Assembly (NCBI GenBank): GCA_020536535.1
Contig: JAHLWZ010000406.1
Coordinates: 62,001 to 126,000 of the forward strand
DNA length: 64,000 nt
Direction of reading: 5' to 3'
Source of the DNA: Pelomyxa schiedti
Lineage: Eukaryota > Protista > Evosea
The notes under the pieces are model-generated. The model worked only from the letters and a program-made list of their open reading frames with translations, had not been told where the DNA came from and did not search any database. Positions 1 through 12,239 of this stretch are shown in pieces. Positions within the stretch are counted from its first letter, which is position 1. Each line of letters opens with the position of its first letter. The translations under genes were made by a program, and so were the position numbers.

Positions 1-1863
1 CAAACCCAAAACAGACAGCAGCTTCCTACTCAGATGAATTGGACAAATCTCTCCCCTCTCTTCTCGTTGCTCCAATTCAAAGATTACCTGTAATTTTTCC
101 GCCCCTTTCGTATTGTTATTTATACTGAATTAGAGATACCAGCTGATGCTGAGGGTTACTCTCTTAGTACTGGCTTGTTTCTCATTTCATTAGGAAGTCT
201 TGAAATTCACTGAAGAAAGTCATGTTGACTACAAAAACATTTCTGAGGCATTAGAGAAGATTGCTGATATCAATTCACTCGTTAACGAATCCATACGGGA
301 CATGGAGGAGTTTGAAAAGATATTGGCTTTACAAAAGCAGTTCATTGGATACTGCCCTGTGTGTACTTTTCTAAGGTTTTCCTCCAAGGTAATCCCGCCT
401 TAAGCCACTAGTTGCGCCACATAGGAAGCTACTGAAGACGGGAGTACTCCTTAAAGTGTGCAGAAAACGGGACAAACCAAGAGTGTTTTTCCTTTTTTCC
501 GATTGCTTGGTAGAATTATCCTCAAGTCACAAGTCCTAATTCCCACTCAGATTTATGCTGTCAAAGTCGAAGCAGTGAACGGTTATCGTCACCACTTTCT
601 TTTGAATTTGCATAATGCACAGCTCAAGTCCCTACCAGATACTTCTAGTACTCAACCACCAGACTTAACGTTCAGCTAACCGATTTAGAAACTCGATATT
701 CCTTCCAGATCCTAAGTAAACAGAAATCTTTTACTGTATGTGCCAAAGATGAAGAGGAAAAGGAGCAGTGGACTTCGGAGATTCAGGCGACAATCGCAAA
801 TTTGAAATCTGTGCATGCTTCAAGACAGCATGCTCAAGGTAGTTACAAGTGTCAATTGCCTTCTTCCTTGTATTTATGTCGAGCAAAGAGGTATCTGGCA
901 ATTCCCAAGCCCCAGTTTGGATTCCGGATAGCGAAGCTGAAACATGCATGCAGTGTGGATCCAAGTTTACACTGTTATTTCGAAGGGTATGTTCTTTCTG
1001 AGTTCTCCCTTTTCTTAGAAAATTTTTCAACATAGCACCACTGCAGACAATGTGGTGAGTTTATTTTTTCCTGTTTTTCTTGCAGTTAGACTTACTTTTC
1101 ACAAGGGCAAATAGTGTGCAGTGACTGCACACAAAATAGGTTTTTCTTCGAATCTCTGCATGAATATGCTCGGGTTTGTGCCGCGTGTTACAAAACTCTC
1201 ACTCGAAACAGTGGTATTGTTCACCTTTCCCTCCAGTGCACCTTGTTTATTAATACAATGTAGACGATGCTACAAATTTGAAATCAAGTACGGTTTTTTT
1301 GTTGTATTTGTGTTTTGTTTATCTTGTTTACACTAGGTGCTCCATTGACTGCCGGCACTGGATGGCAATCCAGTAAACGTGAGTTTACAGGTTGTGACTG
1401 TAATGGGAGGAACTTATCTAAGAATCAACACAGCCAAAACGGACTCTTTTATTGGAGCCAGGTTCTCTCCACAGCACGCGGAAAACGCTACTACCACGGA
1501 CAATCCGAGCCTCAATCCCCGTCAATCCAGAGTGACACTCGAGCAAATGCGGGACTATCTAATGCTCCAGACTGACCTTCAACTGCTACAACAAAACCTT
1601 ACTGAAAGTGACATGCGGGAAATACAGGCCGAATTGCACACCAACCAAACATCCACATCGGCATCCGAGCAGGCATCATTTGTTCCAGCCAAGGTATAGC
1701 CCCGCTCGCCCCTTCACTCACATTCCCACAATTCACACAGGTGTCGGCGGCAACAACAAACAACCGCGGCCGGACTGAACTCGCACTGAGAGGAGCATCC
1801 AGTCCCCACCCAGCTTCCGAAGATACTCCCACCACCCCCACAACACTAGAATCATCCTCCTAA
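1..1863 (+). CDS. RhoGEF (DH)-PH-FYVE protein, FGD-like; 5' end outside the window, multi-exon
   Basis: Spliced exons give the DH end (LPSLLVAPIQRLP|RYQLMLR|EVLKFTEESHVDYKNISEALEKI), a PH domain (APHRKLLKTGVLLKVCRKRDKPRVFFLFSDCL) and a FYVE domain (WIPDSEAETCMQCGSKFTLLFRR|HHCRQCG...VCSDC...RVCAAC). Stop TAA at 1861-1863. Confidence 0.88.
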
Positions 1864-2025
1864 AATGACCCCAAGCCAAAAGGGTGTCCCTTTGTATTCA
1901 TAATCCAAATCATTTTTTCTCTTTCGCCATCAATCACTCCCGCTCCATCCCACCCGAAGTTCTAAGAGAGCCGAGCGAGGAGGCACATCGAGAGACGAGA
2001 CGAGACAGGACAGGGACAGGAGAGG

Positions 2026-3337
2026 ATGGGGGACTACGGCTCGGGGATTGGCGAGGGGGAGGGGGAGGGGGAGGGGATGCTGGGGGAGAGCAGCAGCGGC
2101 GGGAGCGCGGGCGGGGGGGCGCAGGCGAGCCCAAACACGCCACTGCTGGACCCCATGAGGGCTGCTGCGAGAGGCTCTAGGGGGATCAACAGAAAATCTG
2201 TTTTCACGTGAGTGTTCTCTGTGTCCTCACTTGTTCTAGTGACAGAGCCAATAAAACCCTTTGATTTTATTTATTTAGTTTTTTTTTTTCCCCATTAATG
2301 CAACTAATGTCATTATAACACACCAAGACATTTGGCACAGCACACAACAACAACAACAACAAAAAAAAAAATACTCACAAATACTCACAAACACACACCC
2401 ACAAAAAAATAATAATTCCTGATGGTTTTGATAGGAGAGTGTCATTTTGGGTCGGCGCAGCATCTGCTCTTATTGGTCTTGGACTTGTTATCTTTGGAAG
2501 CACAACTCCATCTTCTTACGTACCTCTATTTGGACCATCAAATAATGACCTGAGCACATACACACCATCCGGGGGTGGGGAGGACCGACCCCTTACTGGA
2601 ATAATCACATCCACCCCGGCTATTGTTACGGGTTGGTTGGCACCTTTAGATGACAATGTATACAAGTGGACTCTACCTGCGGAATTAAATTCTTCTGCTC
2701 TACAAATGCATGTTATACATCTATTTCCTCTTAACATCACCTCTAACCCCTTTTCATATTATTATCTCAGTGGATTTTGTGTTGAGGGCCCTGTAATGGT
2801 GTCTGTCAAGAAGGGGAGCATTCCAGAAAGTGGGGAAAGTCGAGCCCTGTCATTTGCCAGCTGGGACTTTGAATGTGCGTCAACTCAGAACAAACTTAGC
2901 TATTTTCAGTGCGATATGCCAGAGGAGGCCGACGAGAAATGGCACTTCTACATAGAGTTCTACAACTTTCAGTCAGAACTTGCAGTAAACTACACAGCTT
3001 CTATTCAACCATGTGGGTTGTCCTCTGTCTTATTGTAGTCTTCGTGTGAGCAAGTCACTCACTTGTACACCATTATTTAATCTTTTGTTTTACTTTACCC
3101 ACCTTATGATCATGTTTGTATTGTACCATTTCTCCTCTGTTTCCTAATTCCATTACAGCTGTTGATATGGCATACTGCCAAGGGTACTATCTGATTGGAG
3201 ATCAACTGAAGGTTTTCCTCCTAATACTTGCATTCTGTTCCGCTGGGACCTTCCTACTTGTTCTAGCTGTAGTTATTGAATTCTATTGGCTTCTCACCAA
3301 TGCAACATTCCGTGCTGACACCCACTCTTTCACTTAG
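2026..3337 (+). CDS. Hypothetical membrane protein with two predicted TM segments, 3 exons
   Basis: GC-rich exon 1 (MGDYGSGIGEGEGEG...) joins ORFs 2439-3038 and 3116-3337 through GT-AG introns. Hydrophobic stretches FWVGAASALIGLGLVIFG and VFLLILAFCSAGTFLLVLAVVIEFYWLL. Confidence 0.6.
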
Positions 3338-3428
3338 TAAATTCACACATTTGTACTTGTAAAAAAAAAAAAGAACTGGCATGACCCATAGTTCTCTTTC
3401 TTATTGCCTGATGATACAACCAGCCTTT

Positions 3429-6025
3429 TTACAAAGATTTGGCCGTCTCCAATACAAATTCCAGTTCACCATAGATTTCAAAGCCTGAGAGGAACAGTTT
3501 GTTGTTCCCGTTGGAACAAGGGCCGGTCATCACAACGCGGAAAATGCTGAAGCCACCAGCATTACGGGATATGTCCCATGATCCCACGCCATGCGGTTCA
3601 CACAGAGTTCTATCCCTTAGGTGCGAAGCAATTATGGTCCAACTCTCACCGTCGCGGCTGGCCCTCAGCTCCCACAATCGCAGGAAATTGGATGCGTTGC
3701 AGTCATGCCGGAGCGAGTACTTTGTGGGCCTGACGAATGCCCCGCAGGGCCTGAGGTCGATCTGCCACCAGCTGCTCGCGGAACTGCCGGTCTGATTGCC
3801 GAATTGCCAGTTTCGGCTAAGTACATTTTCCGGGGAGCCGGTGCCGGTTCGGGACCACGAGGCTTGAACAAGTCCAAGAGTGTGAGGATTCTGGAATGTT
3901 GATTGGTGCCTGTATTTAGTTCCAAGGTAGTATATAATGCCCGCGGTGTCCCAGTCCGAAATGAATTTGAATTGCAGGGCTGTGTGGTTTTTAGTTGACA
4001 GTATAAGTACACTGCTTGCTTGTTTTGTTTAGGGGATAGACGACTTGCCTGAAGGAGTTGCAAATGTGTATTCTGGGCTGCATGTCCCATGAAAATCAGA
4101 GTACTCTGCCCTGACACAGACATTATGGGTAGTACCCTTGGGTAGGTTAGAGATATGGAGGCTTGGAGCTTCAGTTGAGTGTTGTACAGCCTTGAAAGAT
4201 GTAAAAATACAGTATAATATGTTAAACCTTACTGTGGCTACTGCACCTGACTTCACAAATACTGTGTAACCGATAACTTTTGGTAGCTCAGCAAGAGGTA
4301 CAAAAGAAACAGGTTGCGGAGGTAGCCATTGCAGGGCCAGTGAAGTGTTGGAGGACTCAATACATGCAACGTCTCTTGGTGTACCCGTTGCTCTCTCTAA
4401 TGGAAATAAAATTGTAGAACTTAAGAAAGTCAAAAATCACAAACCACGTGGAATAATGAAACCAACTTGTGCTATGGCTCGAGAAACATCTGAGCAATCC
4501 AGCTTAGAGAAAAAATCCCCGGACTCACAAGGATTGACTTCGTCTTGGTACTCGAGTTGCTAGGAAATGTTAGGAGAATAAATGACCTTTTCTCATTCCC
4601 ACCTGGACTGCTTTCGAAAAGGTCATTTGAGAGTTTATAAGAAGAATATCTGAGGGTTCCTTGGAAGATGTAGTAGCACGTGAGGATAAATCCCGTAGGT
4701 TTGAAGAAATCGCGTTGAGAACAGAATACTGCCTCCCCAAATTTTCAACTGTAACCACAGTGAATTATAGAGTGAGGTCTTAGTCCATACCTGATGTAGA
4801 ACACAGACTCATCGACTGAGATTTTAAGGAGGTGATTTGTTCTTGTATTTTCGAAATAAGAGAAGCTCCAACACAATCAACTTCTTCTTGGAAAGTCACG
4901 TGCCTCTATTAAGTGATTGTTATTATCTAAATTAAGAAATGAATAGCACACCAATTTAATATCCTGTATGGCTTTTTCAATCTTTCGTGCAGCAGTATCA
5001 ATTTTTTCCCTTTGAGAATTGTATCTTTGTATTATACTTTCAAGCTCGGATCTACATTTATAGGCTTGCTCAGAAATCGAAACTGTGGGATGACCCTTCT
5101 TTAGTTAAAACAAGAAGAGAAGTTCCATGTGAACTTTGTGAGATCGAGCACATGAACTGCACATCATCACATTATCTAATGTACAGTAGTATCGGATTTT
5201 TTTCGTTTTGTGTAGAGTACAGCTTTCTGTTCAGTGTGACATACTTGTAGGAATAACGCATAGTATACTAAAAAGGCCAGTAGTAGATGCAACCACAGGA
5301 AGCTTGGGGTGAGATGCAAAAGAAGGTCTCTTATGAGCTTCAATCCAACAGGAATCACATAAGGTACCACATATAGTGCAGTGTGAAGTTGCTGGATGAC
5401 CACAATCAATACAAGAGGTGTTTGTACCTATTGTGGGGTGTCAGATGCCTCCGGGTGGTGTATTCCTTTTCACATTTGGTTGCTCTTTGCTGCAAGATAT
5501 CGGCTAATTGCCTATTTGGCTTGAGGCTCTTTATTCCTTGGTCTATTGGTACATTTGTAATCATAGAACATCGAGCACACTTTATTCCAACAATAGCTGG
5601 AATTCCCACAGGCTTCAAATTTTTATTAAAAACTAAATAAGGAAAACAAACAATTCCATTTTAGAGGGGAACGATCCAGCCCCATAATAGGGTGATAGCA
5701 ACAACCTCTGAAGCCGATTTAGTTGTGCAGGTATCATTGGGCACTCCAGCAGATGGTTGTTTCTGTGAGTTCCAAGGGTCATCGCCCATAATTTTGGCAC
5801 TGGCGCCACTCTGCGACGCCAAAATAGAGGCGCATTCGTGGGCAATGCAGGCCGCCACACATCGGCTGCACATTGTGTCACCACACTGAACGGCATTCAG
5901 ACATTGTGGGATGGCAAACAAACAGGCAGTAATAAAACAACATTTAATATCAGAGGATCTTCCAACAAGTCGAGGCACATTGGACAACAAAACGCCTCCA
6001 TCCCATCACTCCCCACTGCAGTCAT
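3429..6025 (-). CDS. TRIM/RBCC-like protein: RING, two B-boxes, coiled coil, FN3, C-terminal F5/8C (discoidin-like) domain
   Basis: RING: CPMCLDLLEDPLIL...CGDTMCSRC...IKCARC. B-box-like: CDSCWIEAH and YCTLDNVMMCSSCARSHKVH. FN3: PRDVACIESSNTSLALQWLPP...GYTV...ISNLPKGTTHNVCVRA. The C-terminus (IIYYLGT...NP...WWQIDL...RLWELRASRDGESW...LFLSGFEIYG) resembles the HECTD1/At2g30600-type domain. Confidence 0.78.
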
Positions 6026-6200
6026 TCCCCTAAGTTTTATTATTATTCCTAACAGATAGCCGCAAAAGATATTATTTACCTGCCGTCCTATCGAATGGCG
6101 TTTAACGGTTTTTCGTATCAACGTTAGTTGGAATAAATCATGCAAATTCACTGTACCAACTACTACAAGGGTGTGGTGTATGTATTTGGATTTTGTTTGC

Positions 6201-8406
6201 TTATGTTTGAGCAGTAGCAACTGGTGCTGGGGGCTTGGGTTCACCTGAGGGAGCTCCTCCTGCACTGGGTGTATCAACAGATGTTGTGTCTATTGTAATG
6301 TAAGTAGATGTAATGCAGTTGTTTTCGTATAACATAGTAAAGCAGGCTTCAACTTCACATTGATTTACCACTTCTTACTCGTTTTTCTTCCATGAGTTAA
6401 GTGCAATTACCTTTTGCTGGTGTGCCAGAAGTGGACTTTGTATCTTGCATTGGAGCACTCTCCTTTGTAGTGGACTTCCTCTTATGTGCTGACTTCTTGG
6501 ATGAAGAATCCTTTTGCTTCCTTGTGGTCCTCTTCTTGCTAGTTGTTGAAGTTTTCTTCTTTGGCTTCTTTTTATCCCCCATTGGCTCCTCTTCGTCCTC
6601 CTTTGGCTTTGGTTCTTCTTTGTCCTCTTTTGACTCCTCCTTTTTATCCTCCTTTGGCTCCTCTTTATTTGCCTTTGGTTCCTCTTTGTTTTCCTTTGGT
6701 TCTTCCATTTTGTCTTGCTTTAGCTCCTCTATTTTACCTTCTGTATTGGCCTTCACCTCCTTTTGCTCTGTCTTTGGTGCCTCCTGTTGCCCCTCCATTG
6801 GTTCCTCCTTTTTGTCTTCCTTTGCTTCCTTTGGCTCCTCATTGCTACCACTCCTTTCTTCTTTTCCCTCCGCTTCCTTTGTCTCTTCTGACTTTGTTTC
6901 CTCTTCCTTTGTATCCTCCATTGCTGAGGTCTTTTCTCCTTTAGATTTTTTTGGAGGTCGCTTTGATTCAGCTTTCTTACTAGGAGGCCTCTTTGATGGC
7001 AAGACTCCGTGAGACTTTTCTTCCTCTTCCTTCTGCCTTTTTTTTTGTATTTCCTTTTGTCTCTCTACTGCTTCATGTCTCGTAGATCCTGCCATGATCC
7101 TGTGCTGCCTCAATGACATGTATGTGGACTTCGGAGCGTCCTTACTAGCAGATACCTCCCCAGGCTTTTTGGACTCTTCTGGTTTTGTCCCTTCACCTTT
7201 TTCCTTTGGTACGTCTGTTTCACTCCCTTTAGGCTTCTCACTAGCTGCAGTTTTTCCCGCCCCTCCTCCTGGTTCACTTGGAGCTGTTTTCTGAACTTCA
7301 GTCTCTTCTTTTTCTTCACTCTTTTCTTCTGTTTTCTTGTTGAGCTTTTGAAAGACGCGGTCAATCACTTCTTGTTTGTTCCCTCCTTGCTTTATCTTGT
7401 GCCTTGAACACCACTCCTTCAACTCACCTTGAGGAAAAAATAAGTACTCATACTATATACTAGTGTAATACTCACGAACGCTAAACATCTCAAGTTCAAG
7501 TGTACTCATCCCAGCAGAGATCTCCGATACACGATCAGCGGTCTTTTCTTCTGGCTTTGACTCTACAGCATCCTCCATCTGGGAATATTAAGATAAAATC
7601 TGTGTTTAACAAGGAGTTCACCTTCCCTGTGACTATTCCATCCAAAATCTGAATCTTAGTATGCTTTTTGTTGATCGTGAGTCCAAGACGTGAGCTAATC
7701 TCTTTCAGGAGCTCTCTTCCAGCCTCCAGCGGTATTAGTGACAAAGAACGGAGAAACGTGACTTACACACACCATGTTCAGAATGCAGAGTGCTCCCTCA
7801 GCGACAACCTGCTCATACACACTTTCTCTCACTTTGCTCATATCGGCGCCTCTAAAATCATCAATCAGTAACACAAATAGGACAGCAGAGCTCTCACTTG
7901 CTCTCTATTCCCAGCTCCGCAGCCAAAACGCACACATCCTCATCAGTGGCCTTGTGTGAAATCCATTCCTTGGTTCCTACTCTAGCAACTTCACGCAAAA
8001 GGCCTTTCTGACAAGCAAGCTTAGTCTTCTCCTTCACCGGGGTCACAGTCTTCAACTCCCGCGCATTCATTCTAGATGTCACTCCCTCCATTCCCTTGTA
8101 CACCATAGCAGTAGTCTGCGATTTAATTTGAAGAGGTACAGTTAATCCAACCAATTCCGGAATACATTCCTAATAATCTAGCTCCTGGCTCATCTAGCCT
8201 CTATTCACAAGTACCAGCCCAAATCCATTCTAACACCACCAATTAGGCAAAAATACCAGTATACTGGTTGGATCCTTAGGCTTTTCTGCCAATTCCTCGT
8301 CCGGCAGATTTGACCCACCCTGCAACCTTGACGCCTCCACAAGTTTCCTCTTATCATCCTCGGGAAGACCCACAATTCTCTCCAACAGGCCCGTCTTTTC
8401 TGTCAT
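6201..8406 (-). CDS. SAP-domain protein with long Lys/Glu-rich disordered tail
   Basis: SAP motif LKEWCSRHKIKQGGNKQEVIDRV at the start of ORF 6397-7422. Upstream exons lie at about 7620-7745 and 7900-8406 (MTEKTGLLER...). The last exon ends ...PVATAQT* at 6201. Confidence 0.68.
6575..6850 (-). repeat. Coding tandem repeats (EEPK/KEEP units, about 21-24 bp)
   Basis: Repeated TTTGGCTCCTC/TTTGGTTCCTC on the + strand, encoding EEPKENKEEPKANKEEPKEDKKEE... on the minus strand. Confidence 0.75.
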
Positions 8407-8598
8407 TAAATTACTGCCGAAGACGCTTCGCCTGGTGCTGTATTTTTTTTTTTATGTTGGCTGTTGTCGTGCCACTATCTTTAATGCACGTTATCACAGG
8501 CATTTTTCTGCTCACGTCATCAAAATTTTATTTTTTGGTGCCTTTTCGGAAATGAGGGGCCCCTAAGAGCAGAATAATGCCAAAACCAAGAGTTCCAC

Positions 8599-10267
8599 TC
8601 AGGGAAGAGAAATAGAAGTAAGGGATGGCCAGTAGTGTGTTTTGGGGTCAAGTTTGCCTCTTTTTGATAGTTGTATTGAGCGCAACGGCGCTTCCCCAAA
8701 GTGGAATGTTCCTAGTCTGTAGTACGATATTAGGCTGGTTTTTGTTGGTAGTATGGGGAAATTACTGTGCCAGGATCGTCCTTGCGTCGAAGGAGATTCT
8801 TTCCGGCTCCTCGTGCTGTTGCTGTGGTTGTTGTGATTGGGGAGGTGGTCTCCCTGGCTGGAATGCCGGCTCCTTCGGTTCACTGGAAGCATCTTCAACA
8901 GTGTCTCTTGGAAACCGTCACTGAGGGGAAAAAAGAAAAAAATACCTGGTGTCAATATGTTACCTGTATCTTGTGTTGATCACTGTAGCATGCAACTGCA
9001 TGGATGTAAGCCGATTGAGTGAGAGTGCATAGGAATGCTTATGTGTAGAGGACCTTCAAAGATTTCTCTTGTTCTGGAACAAGCTCAACATCAACAAATT
9101 TCTGTATTATGAGTTCTTACTCACTTAGTTTGTCGAAGACTTTATTGGAACTTACCGCACGCTTGGGTGAGTCTATCATCCACTGGGTGAACTTTCACAT
9201 ACAAAACGTCTACCTCAGAAGGATCGTCATTCATATATTCTAATTCCTCCAATCTCACCACCTGCACATTTCAGAATAACAAAGAAACATCTCGACTACT
9301 TGAGATCTTGTGCTAAAGACATCATAAATCCGTGAAGAGAGACTTTTCAGTGTCTCAACAGCTTTTTCCAGAGCTTTGTCAGTGTATAACCTCAGCATTA
9401 CAACCGTGAGGTCTTGAAATGCCGTAAAAAAGTTGTATCCACAATTAAAACAAGTACTCACGGAAAGTAGAAGGTGGACAAAGAATGCTGGGGTCCATTC
9501 CCCTTACATTCATGAATCGTGTTTCTAATTCTCTGTTCGTGAATTAAAGGGGTTTTCAACTGAAAATATAAATACTTTTTGAAGGAAACCACACCAGCAG
9601 AAAAAGCTGGGTCTGTCAACGGGATGGAAATGAAATGTGTGTATGGAAGCTTTGGGAATACCTAGAAGAACATTAAAAAACAAAATTCATTAATTGTCAC
9701 TTACAGAAGCCATCAAAAGCTCAATCCTCGTGTTGGCAGCAACTATGGATGCCTCAGTCTGCCCCCTGAGAACTAAATACTTTAGACGCCAGTACGAACG
9801 ACAAAATAACCCACTTATTGTAGTAGGGCTCGAAGCTACACGTGAAGGAGTAATCTGTTGATGAAACCGTTTTGTTGGCATACAAATAGTAGCTCCAGTT
9901 TCCGTTTGTATTTTGTCCTTGGTCAAACCACGTTTGCCAACTATTCAAAACCTGTATCAGTCACAAAAAAAAAATCGTGATAAAACACAAAAACGAGCAA
10001 ACCAATAAACTTGTGATACACTTCTGGCACATCAATTTCGGCAGTGAAGTTCCTTTCCTCGTCCACCTTTATTTGCAACCCACTGACTTCGCGCTCGTCA
10101 GTTGCACCTCCACCATCTCCAGATCTAGATCTGCCTGCGGACGCAGAGAGATTCGCGGGTCCGCGCGTGGGCGTTGTTCCGGAGAGCACTGCCTTACGGT
10201 ACACCCTCCCTTTCACATGTATCAGTGTAATATGGGGATCTGTCGACGGTAATAATGCGTGTTGCAT
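8599..10267 (-). CDS. ASCC1: Activating signal cointegrator 1 complex subunit 1 (KH + 2H phosphoesterase/AKAP7-like)
   Basis: N-terminal LIHVKGRVYRK, KH domain (IDVPEVYHKFI...GKRGLTKDKIQTETGATI), PYTHFISIP, both 2H motifs (FHLTVVML, LHATVINT), YMNDDPSEVDVLY and SFDARTIL. Confidence 0.88.
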
Positions 10268-10359
10268 TCCCACGACGAGTTTTTGACTCTAGAGGAAATA
10301 AAAAAATTTTCGTCAATCAAGATACTGGTTTGAGTGTGAAAAAAAAAGGGGAACAAACA

Positions 10360-11899
10360 ATGGCCACCAACACTGTCGGTGACTTACTCACGGCCGCAGA
10401 TGCCGCTACTGCTGAGGTTCACCGCATTGCGGCAGAGCTTTGTGTTTGTTCAGACCTCTTGTAGTCGTTGCCGCTCCTCTTGTAGTCGCTGCCGCTCGGC
10501 CCGTTGCCGCTCGGCAATTGCATCCCCTAATGGTGTCAACTGCTCGCGGCAGCGACTACAAGAGGAGTGCCAACGACTACAACGAGAACAAGCCAGAATG
10601 CATGAGGAGTCGCAAGTGAAGTGGTATAACTGTTCTCATGGTATACTATCACGCCTCTTTCGTACACTGACATCTCCAAAATAAAATTACCCAGAGCACC
10701 CTTACTATCGCAACCAAGCAAAGGGGGATGTTACGATGTTATTTGGTGAATTGAAGCCCCTACCCGCACCAATCGATATTTACACTGTTTTTGCTATCAT
10801 CAAATGTCTTCGAGATCACTCTATCTCGCCACTCATCAAGGATTCCATCTTGTTACTAGATCTTCAGGGCACAATAGTCAATATTGAAACATACTCAGAT
10901 ATGACCTGCACCCCAGATGGTATTCCAGAGCTTACAGAGTTTCAGGGCGAACTTCTAAACTTTTGTTTGCCTCTGCCCGACGGGAGGGTCAAAGTTATCC
11001 GCTGGCTTTCCCCATTCAAAACCCAATTACTGCTACTTCTATGGGCTAATGCAGGTGGAGATATTGCCCTGTTCTCCAAGGAACGTGATACTGTTGTAAT
11101 GGCTTGCAAAACTGTACTGTCAGGCGCGCTTAAGCGTAACGTGAGTGTGTTAAGTCAGCATGGAGTCACTGGAAAAGTGGTACCAATAAGCCTGCTTGCT
11201 GCCTACAAGGAGATAGTGGTTCTAGATGACCAGGTCAAGAATATTCGAGTGGAAGAGAAGACCGACCGCATTTACGTGACTGCTGAATCAGTTGAGGCCC
11301 ATCCAACTGTAAGTGTGGAGACCTGCTCAGTAATTACTGCAACTACTACCCAAACTGCTTTCACTATAACAACACCACCGAAGTGCCGTGTGTTGAATGC
11401 TGCCCCTTCTTATGTCACACCTTTACGCGGCGTTGTACTGGAGCGTGTTGATGCTGCCAGGCCTGCACTTATGCCTATTTTAACCACCCTATACCCTGTT
11501 TTCGATGCTCTTCTTGGTGCCGATTTTCCTGCAGCATACTGCTCACACTGCGAAGGAATATCCTACATATGGAAAGAAGCTTGCTTGCACTGCTTGCTGC
11601 CAATAAAAGTTCACCATGCCGTTCCAGATAGTAGTGGCGGAAGCAAAACAGAAGCAAACAAGTTGCATACACGAAATACCAGTGAAGAAATAGCTGCACT
11701 CCATAGAGCCACAAAAGCGCACAAGAACGTCGAGGCCGATGTATTTACTCTACAATGTTGCGTTTGTATGAATGCCGAGGCCAACTGCTGCCTTACCCCA
11801 TGTGGCCACATTTGTTGCTTAGCCTGCGCAGAAGTGGCACTCACATGCCCTGTGTGTTCGACCAAGATAGTTGGCAGACAACAATTTTACATACCCTGA
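10360..11899 (+). CDS. C-terminal RING-HC (C3HC4, IAP-like) putative E3 ligase with N-terminal coiled coil
   Basis: The long last exon (ORF 10736-11899) ends CCVCMNAEANCCLTPCGHICCLACAEVALTCPVCSTKI. Two short upstream exons (MATNTVGDLL..., RLQEECQRLQREQ...) can be joined by GT-AG introns. Confidence 0.75.
10455..10515 (+). repeat. 21-bp tandem duplication plus a partial third unit, in the inferred intron 1 of the RING gene
   Basis: CCTCTTGTAGTCGTTGCCGCT followed by CCTCTTGTAGTCGCTGCCGCT, then CGGCCCGTTGCCGCTCGGC. Confidence 0.8.
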
Positions 11900-12239
11900 T
11901 CAACAACTTGACCTTGCCAATGTGAATGCTCTAAGAGATGTGTAGCGAGGTGACCTGAATTTTGGATAGAAAAGCTAGACCCTCTGTGACACCTACCAAT
12001 TACCTCACCCGTTTGACACCACTTCCTGCCTCCGTTCCTTTATAAACCCTGTTTTCCCAGGATCCATGTAGCGCATTAACGTTAAAGAAAACTCGTGTCT
12101 ACGAAGGCACGTATCTCCCGTTCTTCTTTTTCTCTATTCTCTTTACTCTATTAGCACCGCCTATGGCATTTCAAATTTTAAATGTTCTAGCACTGGTTTT
12201 TTAAGACATCTCGTTGCAAAGAAAAAACTGTTTTTATGG

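Noticed and set aside
6401-7012. Long + strand ORF rich in Ser/Phe
   Set aside because: Antisense shadow of the Lys/Glu-rich SAP gene exon.
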